Assembly: GCA_951406725.2 (NCBI GenBank)
Contig: OX597827.1
Span: 77,252,001 to 77,316,000 of the forward strand
Direction of reading: 5' to 3'
DNA from: Octopus vulgaris
Lineage: Eukaryota
DNA length: 64,000 nt
Shown here: piece by piece, positions 59,291 through 64,000 of the stretch
How the letters are laid out: every line of letters starts with the position of its first letter
Numbering within the stretch: the first letter of the stretch is position 1
The notes under the pieces: model-generated
The model's database searches: none
What the model was told of the DNA's origin: nothing
What the model saw: only the letters and a program-made list of their open reading frames with translations
Translations under genes and position numbers: made by a program

Positions 59291-59324
<34 letters not shown>

Positions 59325-59470
59325 ATATATATGTATATATATATGTATGTATGTATTTGTATATATATATATATATATGTGTGTGTGTCTGTTTGCATGT
59401 GTATATGTATGTGTGTGTATATGTATATGTATGTGTGTGTACACATACATATATTATACATAAATACATG

Positions 59471-59520
<50 letters not shown>

Positions 59521-60045
59521 TATCCACATATTTACATAAAGATATTTATAAAATTTATTTTTTATACACACACACACACACACACACATATTTTTTATTA
59601 TTATTGTTGTTAACCAGCTGAATGTTACAAGAGTGACTCAAGGAACAAGAGTTTTGTTCCTGGCACTCATCAGAGTTTTGTAAAGTATCAGGAACAAAAC
59701 TCACAACCCTCACGTAACACCTGTAACTTTCTGCTAATTAAACATATAACGAACATACATTTCTCATCTACTAATTTCTATTTATCCTGTTCGTTTTACC
59801 AACCTATATTTATTTATGTGTGTGTGTGTGTGTGTGTGTGTGAATATATATGTATTGTGATTGTGTGTGTGTGTACATACATAGCTTTAAAGATGTTTAT
59901 ATACTGTAAATGTAAATAGATTATAAGTATAAGGTTCAGGTAAGAATGGATTAAGATTAACATGTACACATATCTGTAAATATAACTAAATATGTATATA
60001 CTTCTGTGCCATGTATATATATATGTATTTATATGTAAATATATG

Positions 60046-60081
<36 letters not shown>

Positions 60082-61740
60082 CATATATACATTCATACAT
60101 ACATATACTTATATTCACACATATGTATATATATATATATGTAAATATATAATCATATATACACAGACACACACATATATACATATACATACATACACAC
60201 ATATATAAATATATACACACATATACTTATAGTCACACATATGTATATATATATGTAAATATATGTAATCATATATACACACATACACATATACACATAT
60301 ATATGTATATACATACACTTATAACTATATATATTTATGTTTATATGTATATGTTTGTGTGCATACATATACATACAAACACACACACACATACATATAT
60401 ATACATATGTATATATATATATATATATGCCAATGTACAAGAAGCAGGCCGAATGTAAATAAATAGAAAGAAAAAAAGAAGAAAGGTGTTTGTATGAAAT
60501 GCGTCAGTCGTGGAGATGATGATGAGAGGTTGTGAAGTCATTCAGTGAAAAAGTAGACATATCGTTGAAGTTACCTTATATTTAGTCATCATACCATCCT
60601 ATGTCATCGCTATTTTAAGTTCCGAATGTTATCATCGATGGAGGAGGGGGACAGGCAGTATAGGGGGGAGGGCTAGAGAGAAGGGAGTGATGCGGAAGGG
60701 ATAGGTAGAGCTGTATTAGGGAGTGCGCTGTGAGGGATGGTTTGGATAATTAAGATAGAGTCAGAGCCGGAGTGAGGAAGGTGGAGGGGATGGCTACAGG
60801 TGTATTTGTGAATGGTTGGATGGATAGAGAGATGGAGAGAGAGAGAGAAGGACAGAGGAATAGAAAGACGGATGGATGGATGGAGAGAGAGAGAGAGAGA
60901 GAAGGTGGTGGAAGAGAGGGAGGATGTCAGAAGTCTGATTGGGGAATAGATAGAGTGAAAGTTAGAGGGGGGGGAGAGAAAAGGTTGTGAGCGACGGTGG
61001 GAGGTAGGTTGAAAGAAAGAGGGTAAGGAAAAAAGATTGGTAGAGAAGTATAAGAGAAAGTGAGAAGATAAGGAAAGAGAGAGATAAAGTTAGAGAGAGA
61101 GAGGGGGAGAGTGGGATAGGGAGAGAGGGGGATAATTCTGTGAGCGAGATATCGAAAGACACAAGTATTTAAACATAAACATGAGTGAGAAAGAGAGAAG
61201 AAAGAGAGGAGAGAGGGTGAGAGGGGTGATATGGATAGAGTTAATGGGAAGTGAGGGAGGGAGAAAGGGGAAGAGGTGATGGAGATGTTACGAGTCTCAG
61301 GGAAGTGAAAGAGGTGGGAGGAGAGCTGAAGTTATACTGGAGTGAGGGGGAAGGAGAAAGAGTACGAGTAAGAGTGAGAGAGAGAGGGAGAAGAGGGGTG
61401 GAAAGAGGAAAAGAAGTTAGAAAATGGACACAGGGAGAGAAGTGAGGTAGAGGGAGGAGAGGAGGGAACAGAGGGAAGAAAGGGAGAAGAAAGGTGAAGA
61501 GGAGGGAGGGATAAGGAAGAGAGGGAGAGGGGGATAAATATAGAGAGAGGAAGAGAGAAAGTGTGAGAGGGAGAGCGTGTGTGAGAGGGGGGCGTGTGTT
61601 TGAGAGAAAGAAAGAGAGAAAGTGTGAGAGGGAGGGAGGGAGAAAGTGTGAAGATGTTAGGAATAATTAAAGAAAACCTCCGAATACAAACACAATGTTA
61701 TGGTGTAGAGCGATGAAAGTGGAGGAAAGAAACGAATAAA

Positions 61741-61990
61741 CTCACCGAAAGTCTGGTCAATGTCTACGTGGGCTACACGGCAAGAAATGTTATCGAATTG
61801 TCAGACGTGTAGAAGGTATTGAGAGCCGAGAAGGCGAGAGGTAGATGAGAGGCTCGAAGCCTGTCCTCCGTCCTGAGACCTACGTAGTTCACTTGTGGAG
61901 TCATGTAAACATAAGGGAGACAACTCCCGGTCACCTCGACACCAGCTGATTGGTGCAGGAGGTCCGAAATTGATGGCGGGGCGGCGGCGG
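61741..61990 (-). promoter_or_regulatory. Candidate promoter and first exon, transcribed leftward
   Basis: GC box ggggcgg 61978-61984, CCAAT (attgg 61949-61953), motif aagggagacaactc 61913-61926, CpG-rich, minus-strand donor cg|GTGAGT at 61745-61740. Confidence 0.55.
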
Positions 61991-62773
61991 GGGAGAGAGA
62001 GAGAGAGAGAGAGAGAGAACCGTCTCCACCACCACCCCCTCCTCCCTGTCAGAACCGACTGAATGGAGAGATAGATGGATGGATGGATGGATGGATGGAT
62101 GGCTTTCTTCTTCTTCTCTCTTTCCTTCATATAACTCCACTCGTTGTTGTTTACGTTCGATACAGCTCCGATCGAGCAGACCTACGATCAGAGACAATCT
62201 AACCGTGACATTCTCGTCTTTTATTCGTGTCTTCGCGTAATGGCTGTGTGCCTAAGAAGTTTGCTTTACAACTGCGTAGTTTCGGGTTCAGTTCCGCTAC
62301 GCAACACAACAGCTCGTCACAAGAAAGATATTTCGCTGTTATTGTTGTTCAGCGTCGTTGTCGTTCTCTACAAGACAATCCAGCTGTGACAATCCTGTTT
62401 TTTCTTACTTATTCATATTATTTATCCAAGACAATTTACTCAATGTCTCCTTCTTTTTTCACTTTCTTTTTAAGAAAGTAAAACATGATTTAATGGTGAC
62501 TTGACTTCTATTTCTAGTAGGGCGATTACGTAAATAGTCCCTCAAGCTGGCCTACAATCAAAGATATTCCAGCCGTGACAGTATCCTACTTTGGCTGTGC
62601 GTGAAGAAGTTCGCTTCTCAACTACGTGGTCTGGGGTTCGATCCCGCTGCACGGCATACTTGTCTTTTCCCATAGCCTTTTGGCCGATCAAAGGTTTGTG
62701 AATGAAATTTGATGGAAACTGTGAGAAGTCGTTAACGAGACTGTTCCAAGTCTTTTACGGTAAGAATTAACGC

Positions 62774-63032
62774 CAGTGGTTCTCAACCATTTTTTTTTTT
62801 TACGTATGGATTCCTTGGGTTCCTGTTTTACTCTGGTGGACCCCTGTAACCATTAAAAAAAATCTTATGTTTTTTATAATTAAATATTATTAGGAATTAT
62901 ATAAAAAGAACTTGTTAAAATATTTTGTGTATAGTAAAAACCTAATCAATTTATTGCACGTAAATTTTAACAATAAAAATCTTATATGACCCCACCCCCA
63001 GGCGTCATATGGATTCCACTTGAGAATCACTC
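62774..63032. mobile_element. hAT (Charlie-like) MITE; similar ends at 37656-37843
   Basis: cagtggttctcaa...ttgagaatcact TIRs; TSD not clear. Confidence 0.6.
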
Positions 63033-64000
63033 AGTTAACCTGTCAGTTGTCCACCCTGCTGCAAACACTTGAGCCAGGACCCACTTCCGATAGGATTCTT
63101 CTTTCATGTTTCACAATCTTAAAGATCCCAGGAAAAATAAAAATAAAGACAAAATGGTCAGAGCCACTCCCCTTCCTTGGGTCAGTCTAAATGACCAGAC
63201 TCCTTCTCCATCAAAACTGAGGCCTTGTGCTTCTGTAAGGAATCAATATGGGGCGACCTGAGAATTTCCATAGGGGTAGGAATGGCTGTGTGGTAAGAAG
63301 CTTGCTTACCAACCACATCGTTCTGGGTTCAGTCCCACTGCATGGCACCTCGGGCAAGTGTCTTCTTCTATGGCCTCGGGACGACCAAAGCCTTGTGAGT
63401 GGATTTGGTGGACAGAAACTGAAAGAAGCCTGTCGTATATGTATGTGTGTGTGTGTGTGTGTGTGTGTTTGTGTTTGTCCCCCATCACTGTTTGACAACT
63501 GGTGTTGGTGTGTTTACATTCCTGTAACTTGACAGTTCAGCAAGAAGAGACCAACAGAATAAGAACCTGTCTTAAAAGAAAAAAAAAGTGTGCTGGGGTC
63601 AACTCATTCAACTAAAAACTCTTCAAAGCAGTGCTCCAGCATGGCCGCAGTCTAATGACTGAAACAAGTAAAAAAATAAATAAAAGACCAGCTCTGATAC
63701 ATCCTGTCTTGGCTGTCAACAAACAACAACAACAGCACAACACTCCCCTCAGGGGACTTCTTCCTTCCTTTCTTTCTCTCTTCCTTCCTTTCTTTCTCTC
63801 TTCCTTCCTTTCTTTCTCTCTTTCTTGCTTTCTTTCTCTCTTTCTTGCTTTCTCTCTCTCTTCCTTCCTTCGTTTCTCTCTTTCTCTCTCTCTTTGTATC
63901 TTCCTTCCTTCCTCTCTCTTTCTTTCTTTCTCTCTCTGCCTCTTTCTTTCTGTCTATCTTTCTCTCTCTCCCTTCTTTCTTTCATTCATTCTTTCTCTCC

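Overview
Repeat-dense eukaryotic DNA, probably an octopod cephalopod genome. That assignment is inferred from the microsatellite load, the SINE/RTE repertoire and a C2H2 gene, not from a database search. Only one convincing host gene is present: a six-finger C2H2 zinc-finger CDS on the minus strand (~33860-35077). Three CpG-enriched promoter-like islands (~25.4-27.6, ~37.3-37.6, ~61.7-62.0 kb) share an AAGGGARRTAACTC-like motif. The rest is microsatellite plus transposon debris: CR1-like, RTE, Zenon-like, Hero/R2-group and Penelope-like retroelement fragments, several tRNA-derived SINE families, TTAA (piggyBac-like), hAT and mariner MITEs, a deleted Tc1 and two non-autonomous Helitrons. The most notable unexplained signal is about nine hammerhead-ribozyme motifs from several sequence families, mostly in short fold-back elements inside (TA)n/(AAT)n tracts; one has a tRNA-like Pol III head. 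Most ORFs in the supplied track are microsatellite translations. Coordinates were read by eye and repeat boundaries are approximate.
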